DNA of 64,000 nucleotides, from assembly GCA_964490075.1 (NCBI GenBank), contig CAZBBK010000012.1, positions 1-64,000 of the forward strand, in the 5' to 3' direction. Positions 9,991 through 19,650 of the stretch are shown here, in pieces; the stretch's first letter is position 1, and every line of letters begins with the position of its first letter. Both the position numbers and the translations under genes were made by a program. The notes beneath the pieces are model-generated. The model was not told where the DNA came from and made no database searches. It saw only the letters and a list, made by a program, of their open reading frames with translations. The stretch comes from an uncultured Gemmatimonadota bacterium (GTDB lineage: Bacteria > GCA-2686955).

Positions 9991-11489
9991 CGAATCCACA
10001 GCCGGTTGTCCGGGCCGCCGTAGGCGCCGATGTCGCAGCGCGCGGCGTTGGGGAAGAAGGCGGGCCAGCGCGGGTCGGCGTCGTAGACCCCGTCCCGCAG
10101 CGCCGGGTCGCCGGCGTCGACGCAGGGCGAGGCGGGGCGCGGCAGCCGGCGCGGCCCCGGCGCCAGGAGCGGGTCGACATCGATGTTGCCGGTCCCCTCC
10201 CAACTCCCCTCGATGTCGCACCAGGTCGCCGAGATCGATCCCGATTCTAGTCCGATCTCCTCGGGTCGGTCGTCCCACAGGAGACAGTTCCGGAGGATCA
10301 CGGCGCCGCCGCCGCAGAGCAGTGCGCCTCCCGCCCCGCCGGCGACATTCTCGTGGAGCGTGCAGCTCCACAGCGCGATCGTGTCGGTTCCGGCCGCGTG
10401 GATCGCGCCGCCGCCGCCGCGCGCTCGGTTGCCGGCGACCACGCAGTTCTTCAGTTCGACCTCGGCCTGGTCGATCGCCGCGATTCCGCCGCCCTCGGTC
10501 GCGCTGCGGTTGTCCACGACGCGGCATGCGCGCAAGCTCGCGCGGGTGCCTCGCAGTCGCAGAGCGCCGCCCTTCAGCGCGGCACGGTTCCCCGAAATCA
10601 CGCAGTCGATCAAGAGCAGCTCCCCGCCGGCGTCGCAGTTGAAGGCGCCTCCCCCGAAGCTGCTCGCCTCGTTGTCGGCGATCACGCAGCGCGAGAAGCG
10701 CGGCATCGAGAGCTGGCGGCTGCGGACTCCGCCCGCCTTGCTGGCGGTGTTGGCGCGGATCGAGCAGTCGTCGAAGCGCGGGGAGGACTCGCCCAGGTGC
10801 ATTCCGCCACCGGAGTAGGCCTGGTTGCTGTCGATCACGCAGCGTTCGAAGGTCGGGGAGGAGCGGCTCAGAAAGAGGCCGCCGCCGTGGGCGCCCGGCG
10901 AGGTGGCGAGGTTGCCGGTGATGGCGCAGTCCCGAAAGAGCCCGCATGAGTCGCGGGCGTAAATCCCGCCGCCGTGCCCGTCGTCACCGAGCGTTCGGTT
11001 GCCGGCGATGCGGCAGGAGTCGACCGTCGGGGCGGAGCTCTCGAGCCGCAGGCCGCCGCCCACGTGGGAGTCCCCCTCGACCACGTTGCCCGCGATCCAC
11101 AGCCGGCGCAGGGTCGGCGACGAGCCCAGGCAGAGCACTCCTCCGCAGTAGTCGGCGTGGCCACCGGTGATGGTGAAGCCCGAGAGGAGCGCGCCGGCGC
11201 CCTCCCCCGAGTCGAAGCGAAACCCGCGGCCGGCCCCGCCCGCATCGACCACCGTGGTCTGCGCTCCGTCCCGGCCCAGCACCGCGATCGCCTTGCCGTG
11301 AAAGGAGATGCCCTCTGGATCGGCGGGCGTGTAGCGACCCGGGGCCACCAGCACCGTGTCGCCCGCGGCGGCCGCGTCGATCGCCTCCTGGATGGTCGGA
11401 TGTTGGGCGGGAACGTGCCACGTCGCCGTCCAGGCCGGTGCCGATGCGGCCAGGAGGGTGCAGCAGGTCCACCGCCATCTCTCGCTCAT
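9987..11489 (-). CDS. Secreted right-handed beta-helix protein with GGG/GGA repeats
   Basis: Start MSERWRW at 11489. HVPAQHPTIQEAIDAAAAGDTVLVAPGRY, repeated SPTxxxCxIxGNxA..GGG turns, C-terminal SPCVDAGDP...DIGAYGGP. Confidence 0.87.
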   Translation of the reverse strand: MSERWRWTCCTLLAASAPAWTATWHVPAQHPTIQEAIDAAAAGDTVLVAPGRYTPADPEGISFHGKAIAVLGRDGAQTTVVDAGGAGRGFRFDSGEGAGALLSGFTITGGHADYCGGVLCLGSSPTLRRLWIAGNVVEGDSHVGGGLRLESSAPTVDSCRIAGNRTLGDDGHGGGIYARDSCGLFRDCAITGNLATSPGAHGGGLFLSRSSPTFERCVIDSNQAYSGGGMHLGESSPRFDDCSIRANTASKAGGVRSRQLSMPRFSRCVIADNEASSFGGGAFNCDAGGELLLIDCVISGNRAALKGGALRLRGTRASLRACRVVDNRSATEGGGIAAIDQAEVELKNCVVAGNRARGGGGAIHAAGTDTIALWSCTLHENVAGGAGGALLCGGGAVILRNCLLWDDRPEEIGLESGSISATWCDIEGSWEGTGNIDVDPLLAPGPRRLPRPASPCVDAGDPALRDGVYDADPRWPAFFPNAARCDIGAYGGPDNRLWIR

Positions 11490-11579
11490 GTCGCCCTTTC
11501 GCGCTGGATCGATTCCCATGTCATGATAACTGCAGACGGACGCCCTCATCGCGAACCCCCAGAACCCCACCGAGACCCG

Positions 11580-14500
11580 ATGCGCCCCATCCCCTTGCTC
11601 GCCCTCGCCCTGCTCTGCGCGCCCCTCCCGGCCCACGCCCAGACGGTGGCCGCGGTCGCCTGTGGGTCGCCGGTCGATCTGGCGCTCGACGACGGCTCGA
11701 TCTACCGCGCCGACCAGCTCTACGAGGGCGGCAACGACTACGGCGCGCTCGGCGGTCTGGCCGAGGAGCCGCCCTTCGATCCCTTCGACGACGGCCGCCC
11801 GGACGCCGAGCTGGCCCTCTACGCCGAGCACCGCACTGGCGCCAGCGGTTACGTCCTAGAGGTCCCGAACGGCGACTACGAGCTCACCCTGCACTTCGCC
11901 CCCTTCCACCGCGACGGCCCCGGCATCGCCCCGCTCGAGATCCTGGTCGAGTCCGACACATCGGCGGCCGCGTTCGACGGAATCGCGGCGGCGGCCAAGG
12001 GGCGCCCGGTCGACCTGCGCGCCCTGGTGACCATCGCCGACGGCGCCTGCGACATCGCGCTGGCCAGCGCGAGCGGCGACCACGACATCGCCGCCATCGG
12101 CCTGCGCCTCGCCGATCCCCTCGACCTTAGTCCTCCCGCCGCCCCCGACTCCCTGATCGCCCTCGACAGCTACGGCGGCGTGCTGCTGCGCTGGACCCGC
12201 GGCGCCGAGACCGACCTGGCCGGCTACCGGGTGCTGCGCCGCGCCGCCGGCGGCTGGGAGAGCCTCGACGACGCGCGCCGGATCGCCATGCTGGTGGTGC
12301 CGGCCGACACCACCACCCTCTACGGCGTGTGCGCCTACGACCTCTACGGCAATGAGTCCGACACCACCTTTTCGGCGCCGGCCGGCCCCCGCGACCCGGC
12401 CGATCCGCTCCTGCCGCGCTACCAGATCACCCTCGCTCCGGCCGACCTCACCCTACTGAACCAGGATCCCCACGCCGACATCGAGGTGCCGGGGCTGCTG
12501 CTCGCCGATGGTGTGCTGGTCGATCCCGTGGCCCTCTCCTACCGCGGCAAGTCGTCGCGTGCCTACCCCAAGAAGTCGTGGAACATCGACCTCGGCGCTT
12601 CCTTCCTGCACGGCTCCGACGACCTGATCCTGCGCTCCAATTGGGACGATCCCTCGGTGCAGCGCGAGCTGCTCACTCTCGACCTGCTCGGCCGCACGCC
12701 GGCCGCCCATCCCCTCGCCTTTCCGATCCGCGTCGAGGTCAACGGCGAATATCGCGGGGTGCACGTCGAGATGGAGCGCGTCGACCGGAACTTCGTGGCG
12801 CGCCAGGGCTGGAGCCCCACCGGCCGCCTCTACCGCGTCGCTTCCACCCTGGAGACCCTGCCGAACGTCGACTACTACCGCGTCCTCTACGAATCCGAGC
12901 TGGCCGGAGACTGGGAGCGTGCCGACATCATCGAGCTGACCGAGGGCCTGGCGCGCGTCGCCGACGCCGACATCCTGCCCTGGCTGGAGGCGCGGGTCGA
13001 TCTCGACCAGCTCCTGGACGTGGTCTGCCACCAGATCGTGAGCGCCAATCGGGACTGGAATTCCGACGACTACTTCCTGTTCCGCGACGGTCCCGGGGCA
13101 CTCTGGAAGTGGATTCCCTGGGACGTCGGCGAGAGCTGGCGGCTGGGCGGCGTTGGCTCGCCGATCCACTTCGGCACCCGCGAGTATCCGGAGTGGGACG
13201 GGGCCTGGAATCGGCTCTGGGACCGGGTCTTCGAGATCCCGGCGCTCAAGCGGCGCTACACCGAGCGGCTGCGTGCCTACAGTGCCGGACATCTGGCCGC
13301 CGACTCGATAATGGCGGCTTTCGACACGCGCGGCACGGCGATGCTCGACGACTTGGTGCGCGATTCCCACAAGCGAGACATGGAGCTGCCCCGTCCCTTT
13401 CTGGCCGAGCGCGCCGACATCGCCGCCTTCATCGAGCAGCGCGGCGCCGAGATGGCCTGGCAGCTCGACCTGCTGGAGCCCGAAGAGCACGTGCTGGTCC
13501 AGATCTCGGAGCTGATCCCGGTGGTGGCCGACAGCGTGGCGGCGCTCGAGGTGCGCAGCCTGGCCGACCGTCCCTTCGTGTTCGAGGGCTTCGCCCTCTC
13601 CGACGATCCGGGCGATCCCTTGCGCTGGCCGCTGCCGGCCGACACCATCGCCGCCGGGGACTATGCCTGGTTCACCCTGCCGGTCTCGATCGCGGCCGGG
13701 AGCTGGCTCGGCCTGGCGCGGCAGATCGGTCCCCCGGAGGGCACGGTGGTCGACTCGCTGACCTTGCCCGATCGGCTGGCCTGGAACCGGAGCTACGGAC
13801 GCTTCCCCGACACCTCGCGGCGCATGCGCCATCTCGACGGCCGCACCCCCGGCGCCCCCAATCAGTGGACCTCGCCGCTGGTGCTCGACCTGCGCCTGGA
13901 CGACGCCGTGGTGGCCGAGGGAGATCCGCTCGCGATCGTGCTCGACATCCAGAACGAGGGGGACGAGGCGCTGGCCGGGGAGGCGCGTCTGGAGCTGAGC
14001 ACCTGGGACGGAATCCACCCTCTCGAAGCGCCCCTCTTCGCCCGCGCCATGACCCTGTCGCCTGGGCGCCGAATCGAGCGCACGCTGCACACCGTGGTCC
14101 CGGCCGGACTTGTCGAGCCCTACGGCTACCATCTCGACCTGCGCTTCCTGGCGCCCGGCGAGGATGAGTGGGGCGCGGCGTCGGCCGAGATCTTCCTGGT
14201 CGGCGATCCCGATCCGGTGCCGGTGCTGGACGAGGTGATGGCGATCAACGACACGACCCATGCCGATGAGGCCGGGGAGTTCGACGACTGGGTGGAGATC
14301 CTCAACCCGAGCGACCAGAGCATCGTGCTGCAGGGGCTCTACCTGACCGACGACGTGGCCGACGACCCGCTGCGCTGGCCGATCCCCACCACCCAGCTCG
14401 CCCCGGGCGCGGCGTTGATCGTCTGGTGCGACAACGACCTGCAGCAGGGTCCCTACCACGCCTCGTTCAAGCTCTCGGGCGCGGGCGAGGAGATCGCGAT

Positions 14501-14651
14501 CACCGCCTCGGCCTACGCCCTGATCGACCACTGGTCCTTCGGTCCGCAGACCGCCGACGTCTCGATCGGGCGCTACCCGAGCGGTCAGACCACCTGGTTG
14601 ACGCTGGACACACCGACGCCGGGCGCGCCCAACGTCTACTCGCCGCGTTGA
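11580..14651 (+). CDS. CotH-family kinase with malectin-like, FN3, LTD and Ig-like domains (paralog of 6889-9990)
   Basis: Signal peptide MRPIPLLALALL; VPNGDYELTLHFA (malectin-like); YRGKSSRAYPKKSW, QRELL, EMERVD, IPWD; LTD EVMAINDTT..DEAGEFDDWVEI. Confidence 0.88.
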   Translation: MRPIPLLALALLCAPLPAHAQTVAAVACGSPVDLALDDGSIYRADQLYEGGNDYGALGGLAEEPPFDPFDDGRPDAELALYAEHRTGASGYVLEVPNGDYELTLHFAPFHRDGPGIAPLEILVESDTSAAAFDGIAAAAKGRPVDLRALVTIADGACDIALASASGDHDIAAIGLRLADPLDLSPPAAPDSLIALDSYGGVLLRWTRGAETDLAGYRVLRRAAGGWESLDDARRIAMLVVPADTTTLYGVCAYDLYGNESDTTFSAPAGPRDPADPLLPRYQITLAPADLTLLNQDPHADIEVPGLLLADGVLVDPVALSYRGKSSRAYPKKSWNIDLGASFLHGSDDLILRSNWDDPSVQRELLTLDLLGRTPAAHPLAFPIRVEVNGEYRGVHVEMERVDRNFVARQGWSPTGRLYRVASTLETLPNVDYYRVLYESELAGDWERADIIELTEGLARVADADILPWLEARVDLDQLLDVVCHQIVSANRDWNSDDYFLFRDGPGALWKWIPWDVGESWRLGGVGSPIHFGTREYPEWDGAWNRLWDRVFEIPALKRRYTERLRAYSAGHLAADSIMAAFDTRGTAMLDDLVRDSHKRDMELPRPFLAERADIAAFIEQRGAEMAWQLDLLEPEEHVLVQISELIPVVADSVAALEVRSLADRPFVFEGFALSDDPGDPLRWPLPADTIAAGDYAWFTLPVSIAAGSWLGLARQIGPPEGTVVDSLTLPDRLAWNRSYGRFPDTSRRMRHLDGRTPGAPNQWTSPLVLDLRLDDAVVAEGDPLAIVLDIQNEGDEALAGEARLELSTWDGIHPLEAPLFARAMTLSPGRRIERTLHTVVPAGLVEPYGYHLDLRFLAPGEDEWGAASAEIFLVGDPDPVPVLDEVMAINDTTHADEAGEFDDWVEILNPSDQSIVLQGLYLTDDVADDPLRWPIPTTQLAPGAALIVWCDNDLQQGPYHASFKLSGAGEEIAITASAYALIDHWSFGPQTADVSIGRYPSGQTTWLTLDTPTPGAPNVYSPR

Positions 14652-14660
14652 GGGGTGTGA

Positions 14661-16286
14661 CTACTCCACGCTGACCGTGAAGCCGTTCGCCGACTCGGCG
14701 ACCGGGAAGGCTCCCGCGCGGACCTCGTAGGTGTAGCTGCCGAGCGGTGCGGTCGGCGGCACGACCTGAACCAGACCCGCACCGACCACGCCGAGCGCGC
14801 TCAGGGTCAAGGGCAAAGGTCCCATGACCGGCGAGATCTCGCCGCCCACCGGCGGCACCGCGGCGGTCCACGCCTGGGTCGACTGGCCGGTGGGGTAGCG
14901 GTTGAGAATGGCGCCGTAGAAGCCGAAGCCGGCCCCCGGGGTGACGTTCACCGGGCTGAGGTCGGGCGTGCCGACCGCGATCCATCCGCCGGTGCCGTTG
15001 TGGGCGTCGGGAGTCGGCAGCGGCTGGGCGATGAAGCTGCCGCCTCCGTCCACGTCCCGTCCCTCCGAGATGTCGGGGCTCTGGGGGCCGAAGGTGTGGC
15101 CGTCGAGGAGCCCGTTGGCCAGGTAGCCGGGTGCGTAGAGACCGACATACTCGCCCGCGGCCGAGAGCTTGAAGTTGGTGTGCAGACCGGGGTCGCCGTC
15201 GTCGTTGTCGGCCCAGATCAAGAGCTGATCCGATGGGCCGATGGTGGTGCCCTCGGGAAAGCGCCACATCTTGGGCTCGGTGGCGTCGTCGGTCAGGTAG
15301 AGGCCGGACAGGTCGACGTCGAAGTCGGCCAGGTTGACGATCTCGATCCAGTCCTCGTACTTGCCCTCTTCGTCCTGGATGGTGGTGGCGTTGTCGGCCA
15401 TGAACTCGTTGAGGCGCACTGGAGCGATGCCGACGAAGACCTGCTGGTCGCGGGTCGAGTCGGGGGCGTCGGGCGGGCGCAGCGTGCGGCCGCCCTGGTC
15501 GTCTTCGGCCTCGACGTAGTAGGAGACGGTCTCGCCGTAGCCATGCTCCGGGATGGCGGCGCTGTAGAGCAGGCCGTCAAGGACCATCGGGATCGCCGTG
15601 AAGCTCGGTCCATCGGCGACATAGAGGGTGACCGTGAGGGGGTCGCCGTCGTCTTCCTGCACCTCGGCCAGGACCTCGATGGTCTGCCCGGGCGAGGGGA
15701 AGGCGGGGGTCGCGTCGGTGTCCCATACGATCGGCGGAGCGTTGTCGGGATTGGGACTTTCGGGGGTCGGCACCAGGAAGCCGAGGGTCGGAGCGCCGTC
15801 GGTGCGGCGTCCCCAGGAGACGTCGGGCGCCTGGTCGGTGAAGGTCATGACGTCGACCACGAAGCCGAGCTCGTCGGTCAGGATCAGGGTCTCGCCGCCG
15901 CTGCTCAGGGCGAAGGGGCCGTGCAGCGGGCCCTGCAGCGAATCGCCGTCGAGCCACAGCAGCAGATGGCCGCCGGGGGGCACCACCGCCGCGCTGGTGA
16001 GGGTCCACTTGTAGGGATCGAGGGCGTCGTCGGTCAGCCCCCAACCGTTCAGGGAGACCGCGCCGGCGCCGGCGTTGTAGATCTCGAGGTAGTCGTCGAA
16101 CTCACCGAAGCCGTCGGCCAGGGTGGTGACGTTGTCGGCCAGCGCTTCGTTCAGGAACAGGTCGCCGGCCAGGGGCGAGGGGGGTCCGGGCAGGGTGCCT
16201 GTGCCGAGGGTGAGCTGCGCCAGCGCGGCGGCTACGAAGAGCATGGTGTTCCCCAGGGTCATGTGGTGGATCGATTCTGTTACCAC
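14661..16286 (-). CDS. Secreted protein with two lamin-tail domains and a C-terminal Ig-like module
   Basis: LNEALADNVTTLADGFGEFDDYLEIYN and LNEFMADNATTIQDEEGKYEDWIEIVN. The start may be a later Met (MLFVAAALAQL). Confidence 0.85.
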   Translation of the reverse strand: MVTESIHHMTLGNTMLFVAAALAQLTLGTGTLPGPPSPLAGDLFLNEALADNVTTLADGFGEFDDYLEIYNAGAGAVSLNGWGLTDDALDPYKWTLTSAAVVPPGGHLLLWLDGDSLQGPLHGPFALSSGGETLILTDELGFVVDVMTFTDQAPDVSWGRRTDGAPTLGFLVPTPESPNPDNAPPIVWDTDATPAFPSPGQTIEVLAEVQEDDGDPLTVTLYVADGPSFTAIPMVLDGLLYSAAIPEHGYGETVSYYVEAEDDQGGRTLRPPDAPDSTRDQQVFVGIAPVRLNEFMADNATTIQDEEGKYEDWIEIVNLADFDVDLSGLYLTDDATEPKMWRFPEGTTIGPSDQLLIWADNDDGDPGLHTNFKLSAAGEYVGLYAPGYLANGLLDGHTFGPQSPDISEGRDVDGGGSFIAQPLPTPDAHNGTGGWIAVGTPDLSPVNVTPGAGFGFYGAILNRYPTGQSTQAWTAAVPPVGGEISPVMGPLPLTLSALGVVGAGLVQVVPPTAPLGSYTYEVRAGAFPVAESANGFTVSVE

Positions 16287-16381
16287 AGTGAATAACCCCG
16301 TTCCTACGAGTCTTGCTGTCTATCCGATCGGTTCGCGCACCGCTATATTTCACTGAAGGAACAGTCCATGGAGGTCTCGTC

Positions 16382-17701
16382 ATGACTTGCGTCCGCCGTC
16401 CAGCACTCTGGATCCTCGCTCTTCACGCCGCCGCGTGTGGCGCCCTGGCCTCCGACATCCCTCTGAACACTCTGCTGATTCCGATCAACCGCTGGTGGTT
16501 GCCGAATCATGGTCCCGAGGGCGACCACCTCACCATCGCCGAGGGCTCTTCGGAGGACCCCGGCGGTAGCAACGAAGGGCTGATCTGGTACCTGGCGGCG
16601 AACGATGCCGGCGATCGCGGCAGCCTCTACCGGCTCTACAATCCGCCCAATCTGGACCACATGGACTCGCGCAGCGCCGGCGAAGGCGGCTACCAGACCG
16701 AAGGCACCCTCGGCTTCACCTGGAACGATCCGCACGACGGGCTCGCGGAGGTGCGCCGTGGCTACCGCCCCTCCGATGGCGACCATATGACCACCCGCGA
16801 GGGCGAGAATCCGCCCGGTTACCAGCTCGAAGGATCGTTCGGCTGGGCCTTCCCGCGCTTCGGCGAGGATCTCTCTTTCGGCGACGCCCACCACCCAGAG
16901 CTGCGCACCATCTCCGACGCCGCGATCACTCTGAGCTTCGACCGGGTATGGGGCGGTGTCGCCTACGAGCTGTGGTGGGGGGGAAGGCAGTTCTTGAACC
17001 ACTGGGACGCCGGGCGTGAGATTCAGACCGCGCTCTTCAAACCGGGGCTGAGCGACGTCGGCTTCGGCCCCACCGAGGCCGGTGATATGTGGGGCCACGG
17101 TTCGGTGGTGATCGACGAGACACTCGCGGCCCGCAGCTACTTCAGCCACACTTTGCCGCTGCAGTGGGGACCGCAGTCATACGGCGGCGGCCAGCATCAC
17201 CCGGTGGTCTACGGCGGCGAGCTCCAGCGCCGAGCGACACTCTTGAGCCACCCGCTCTACGACCTGGTGCGCTGGGAGGTCGGCTACCGGCCGGCCGAAA
17301 GCGACACTTATACTCGCGAGTGGCTCACCGCCTACGTTCAGCCCTATGTCAGCGAACGCATTTTCGTCTATACCCAGAGCGGCGGCTTCCAGGAGTGGGC
17401 GATGCCGGCCTGTACCGAGAACCATACGGTGACGCTGAGCCGCGGCGCCGTGGTCTTCGCGAGCGCCGATCTACGCCACGCGATCGCCCTCTACACGCCC
17501 GAGACCCTGTTCGCCAGCTGGTGGAACTTCGATTGCCTGGGTGGCCAGAGCTCAACCCGCAAGATCAACCTCTGGGACACCGAAGAGTGGATGGACGCGG
17601 AGGTGCTCTACACCAAGAAGCTCTACGTGGTGCTGGGGGATATTTCGACTCTTGTCAACTCGCCATCCGGCACCCACGGTGCACCAGGCGCAGCGATGTG
17701 A
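16382..17701 (+). CDS. Secreted hypothetical protein with DUF5648-like repeats and a beta-sandwich-like domain
   Basis: Signal peptide; repeats LYRLYNPPNLDHMDS..GGYQTEGTLGF and VRRGYRPSDGDHMTT..PGYQLEGSFGW; GGAGG RBS upstream. Confidence 0.65.
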   Translation: MTCVRRPALWILALHAAACGALASDIPLNTLLIPINRWWLPNHGPEGDHLTIAEGSSEDPGGSNEGLIWYLAANDAGDRGSLYRLYNPPNLDHMDSRSAGEGGYQTEGTLGFTWNDPHDGLAEVRRGYRPSDGDHMTTREGENPPGYQLEGSFGWAFPRFGEDLSFGDAHHPELRTISDAAITLSFDRVWGGVAYELWWGGRQFLNHWDAGREIQTALFKPGLSDVGFGPTEAGDMWGHGSVVIDETLAARSYFSHTLPLQWGPQSYGGGQHHPVVYGGELQRRATLLSHPLYDLVRWEVGYRPAESDTYTREWLTAYVQPYVSERIFVYTQSGGFQEWAMPACTENHTVTLSRGAVVFASADLRHAIALYTPETLFASWWNFDCLGGQSSTRKINLWDTEEWMDAEVLYTKKLYVVLGDISTLVNSPSGTHGAPGAAM

Positions 17702-18857
17702 TCTCCGAGGGGGCGCCGAGGCGCAAGGGCGGGCCCCAGTAGCCGGTGCCGCGGCTCACGTAGAGACACATTTCACCGACTCGGCTGAGACCGGCGGGGT
17801 AGGGGTGGGCCAGTCCGATGAAGAGCGTCCAGGGGAAGAACTGGCCGCCATGGGTGTGGCCGGAGAGCTGCAAGTCGAAGCCGGCCCGGGCCGCCGCCGG
17901 GGCGCTGCGCGGCTGGTGCGCCAGCAGCAGACGGACGTCGCACGCGGGCGCGCCCGCGAGCGCCGCGCTCGGGTCCGACGCGTGCTCGGGGAGCAGACGC
18001 TCGGCGTCGAGATCGGTGACGCCGGCGACCAGCAGCCGAGCGTCTCCGCGCGTCACCACGCGGTGGCGGTTGTTCAGCACCGTGAGTCCCAGGTTTTCCA
18101 GGTGCGTGCACCAGGCGGGCGCGTCCCAGTAGTACTCGTGGTTGCCGGTGACGAAGAAGACGCCGTCGCGGGCGCGCAGCCGGGCGATTGTCGCCACCTG
18201 AGGAGCGAGGCGGGAGACCGTACCGTCGACCAGGTCGCCGGTGAGCGCCACCAGGTCGGCGTCGAGCTCGTTGGCGGTGTCGACGGCCGTGCGCACGAAG
18301 TCCCCGGTGATGGTGAGACCGGCGTGGATGTCGCTGAGCTGCACGATCCGGTAGCCGTCCAGGTCGGCCGGCAGATGGGCGATCGGCAGATCGACCTCGA
18401 CCACCTCGGCCCGGCGCCGAGCGGCCGCCACGCCGACGCCGCTCAGGATCGCCGAGGCGCCGACGATGGCGCTGTTGCCGGCGTTGGCCAGAAAGGCGCG
18501 GCGCTCCCGGTCGATCGACGCGGCGCGTTCGAAGGGCCGCAGCCGCCGCACCAGGCGTGCCGGCAGCGCGAGCAGATCGCGGGCCGCGAGCAGCGGCAGC
18601 ACGATGCCGAAGAGCCCCATGTAGACGTAGCAGAGCCACTGGACCGCCAGGTAGAGGCCGGCGTTCGGCAGCATGGAGTCGAGCAGGAAGACCAGCGGCT
18701 GAATCGAGGCCGCGAGGGCCAGCGCGATCCATGCCCGGCGCCGACCGCGGCGCGTGAGGGGTGCCGGGCCGATCAGGCGGTGGCCGACGTAGAGATGCGC
18801 CGTTCCCCAGAGCATCGTCGCGATGCCCACGAATAGGACCAGACGCCACAAGCTCAA
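17655..18857 (-). CDS. Membrane-anchored metallophosphoesterase (YkuE-like)
   Basis: Three N-terminal TMs; LSDIH, TGDLVD, TGNHE, LAHQP, SGHTHGGQ, YVSRGTG motifs. Confidence 0.92.
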   Translation of the reverse strand: MSLWRLVLFVGIATMLWGTAHLYVGHRLIGPAPLTRRGRRRAWIALALAASIQPLVFLLDSMLPNAGLYLAVQWLCYVYMGLFGIVLPLLAARDLLALPARLVRRLRPFERAASIDRERRAFLANAGNSAIVGASAILSGVGVAAARRRAEVVEVDLPIAHLPADLDGYRIVQLSDIHAGLTITGDFVRTAVDTANELDADLVALTGDLVDGTVSRLAPQVATIARLRARDGVFFVTGNHEYYWDAPAWCTHLENLGLTVLNNRHRVVTRGDARLLVAGVTDLDAERLLPEHASDPSAALAGAPACDVRLLLAHQPRSAPAAARAGFDLQLSGHTHGGQFFPWTLFIGLAHPYPAGLSRVGEMCLYVSRGTGYWGPPLRLGAPSEITSLRLVHRGCRMAS

Positions 18858-18864
18858 CGCGCTG

Positions 18865-19650
18865 CTACCAGGGGATCGGCTCCCCGTCGCGGAAGAAACC
18901 GCCGCTGGGTCCTTCGGCGGGGAGCGTTGCGGCCCAGACGATTCCCTGCGCGCCCTGGGTCACGTCGCGCTCGGCCTGCTCGCCCCCCATGTCGGTGCGC
19001 ACCCAGCCGGGGCAGACCGCATTGACCCGGATGCTCGAGTCGGCGAGCTCGCGGGCCAGGACGCGAGTGAAGGCGTTCAGGCCGACCTTGGAGACCCGGT
19101 AGCACGAGGATGGCCAGCCGCGTGTCTCGTGCCGGTGCAGCGCCACGCCCTGGATGAAGCCTTCCATCAGATCGTGCAGCTCGCGGCGGTTCAGCAGCGG
19201 GTCGCGCAGCTCTTCGCGCAGCTTCTCCGAAACGCAGTCGAGCTGGCCCAGGCCGCTCGAGACCATCACCACGGTGGCCGACTCGGCCAGCAGGGGCAGC
19301 AGGGCGTCGGTCGCGTGGACCGTGCCGAAGTAATTGACGGCCAGGGTGTTGCGCGCGACGTTCTGGTCGAATCCCTCGAGCGCCACGCCGGCGTTGTTGA
19401 TCAACGCATCGATTGGCGCCGGCTCGGCCGCCAGGCCCTCTGCCAGGTCGTCGATGCTCTGGGAATCGGTCAGATCGAGGAGAGCTGCCGCGGCCTCGAA
19501 GCCCTCGCTCCGCAGCCGCCGCACCGCTTGCGCACCCTCGTCCGCGTCTCGGCTCGCCACGATCAGCTTCCAGCCGCGGCTGCCGAGTCGGCGACAGGTC
19601 TCGAATCCGAGCCCTCGGTTGGCTCCCGTGACCAGGGCCTTCATCGTCAT
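18865..19650 (-). CDS. SDR oxidoreductase (carbonyl-reductase-like)
   Basis: TGANRGLG, NNAG, YRVSK, CPGWVRTDMGG. Confidence 0.92.
   Translation of the reverse strand: MTMKALVTGANRGLGFETCRRLGSRGWKLIVASRDADEGAQAVRRLRSEGFEAAAALLDLTDSQSIDDLAEGLAAEPAPIDALINNAGVALEGFDQNVARNTLAVNYFGTVHATDALLPLLAESATVVMVSSGLGQLDCVSEKLREELRDPLLNRRELHDLMEGFIQGVALHRHETRGWPSSCYRVSKVGLNAFTRVLARELADSSIRVNAVCPGWVRTDMGGEQAERDVTQGAQGIVWAATLPAEGPSGGFFRDGEPIPW

Noticed and set aside
6889-10947. 1352-aa ORF as one protein
   Set aside because: The first ~319 codons overlap the beta-helix gene in another frame; the signal-peptide start is at 9990.
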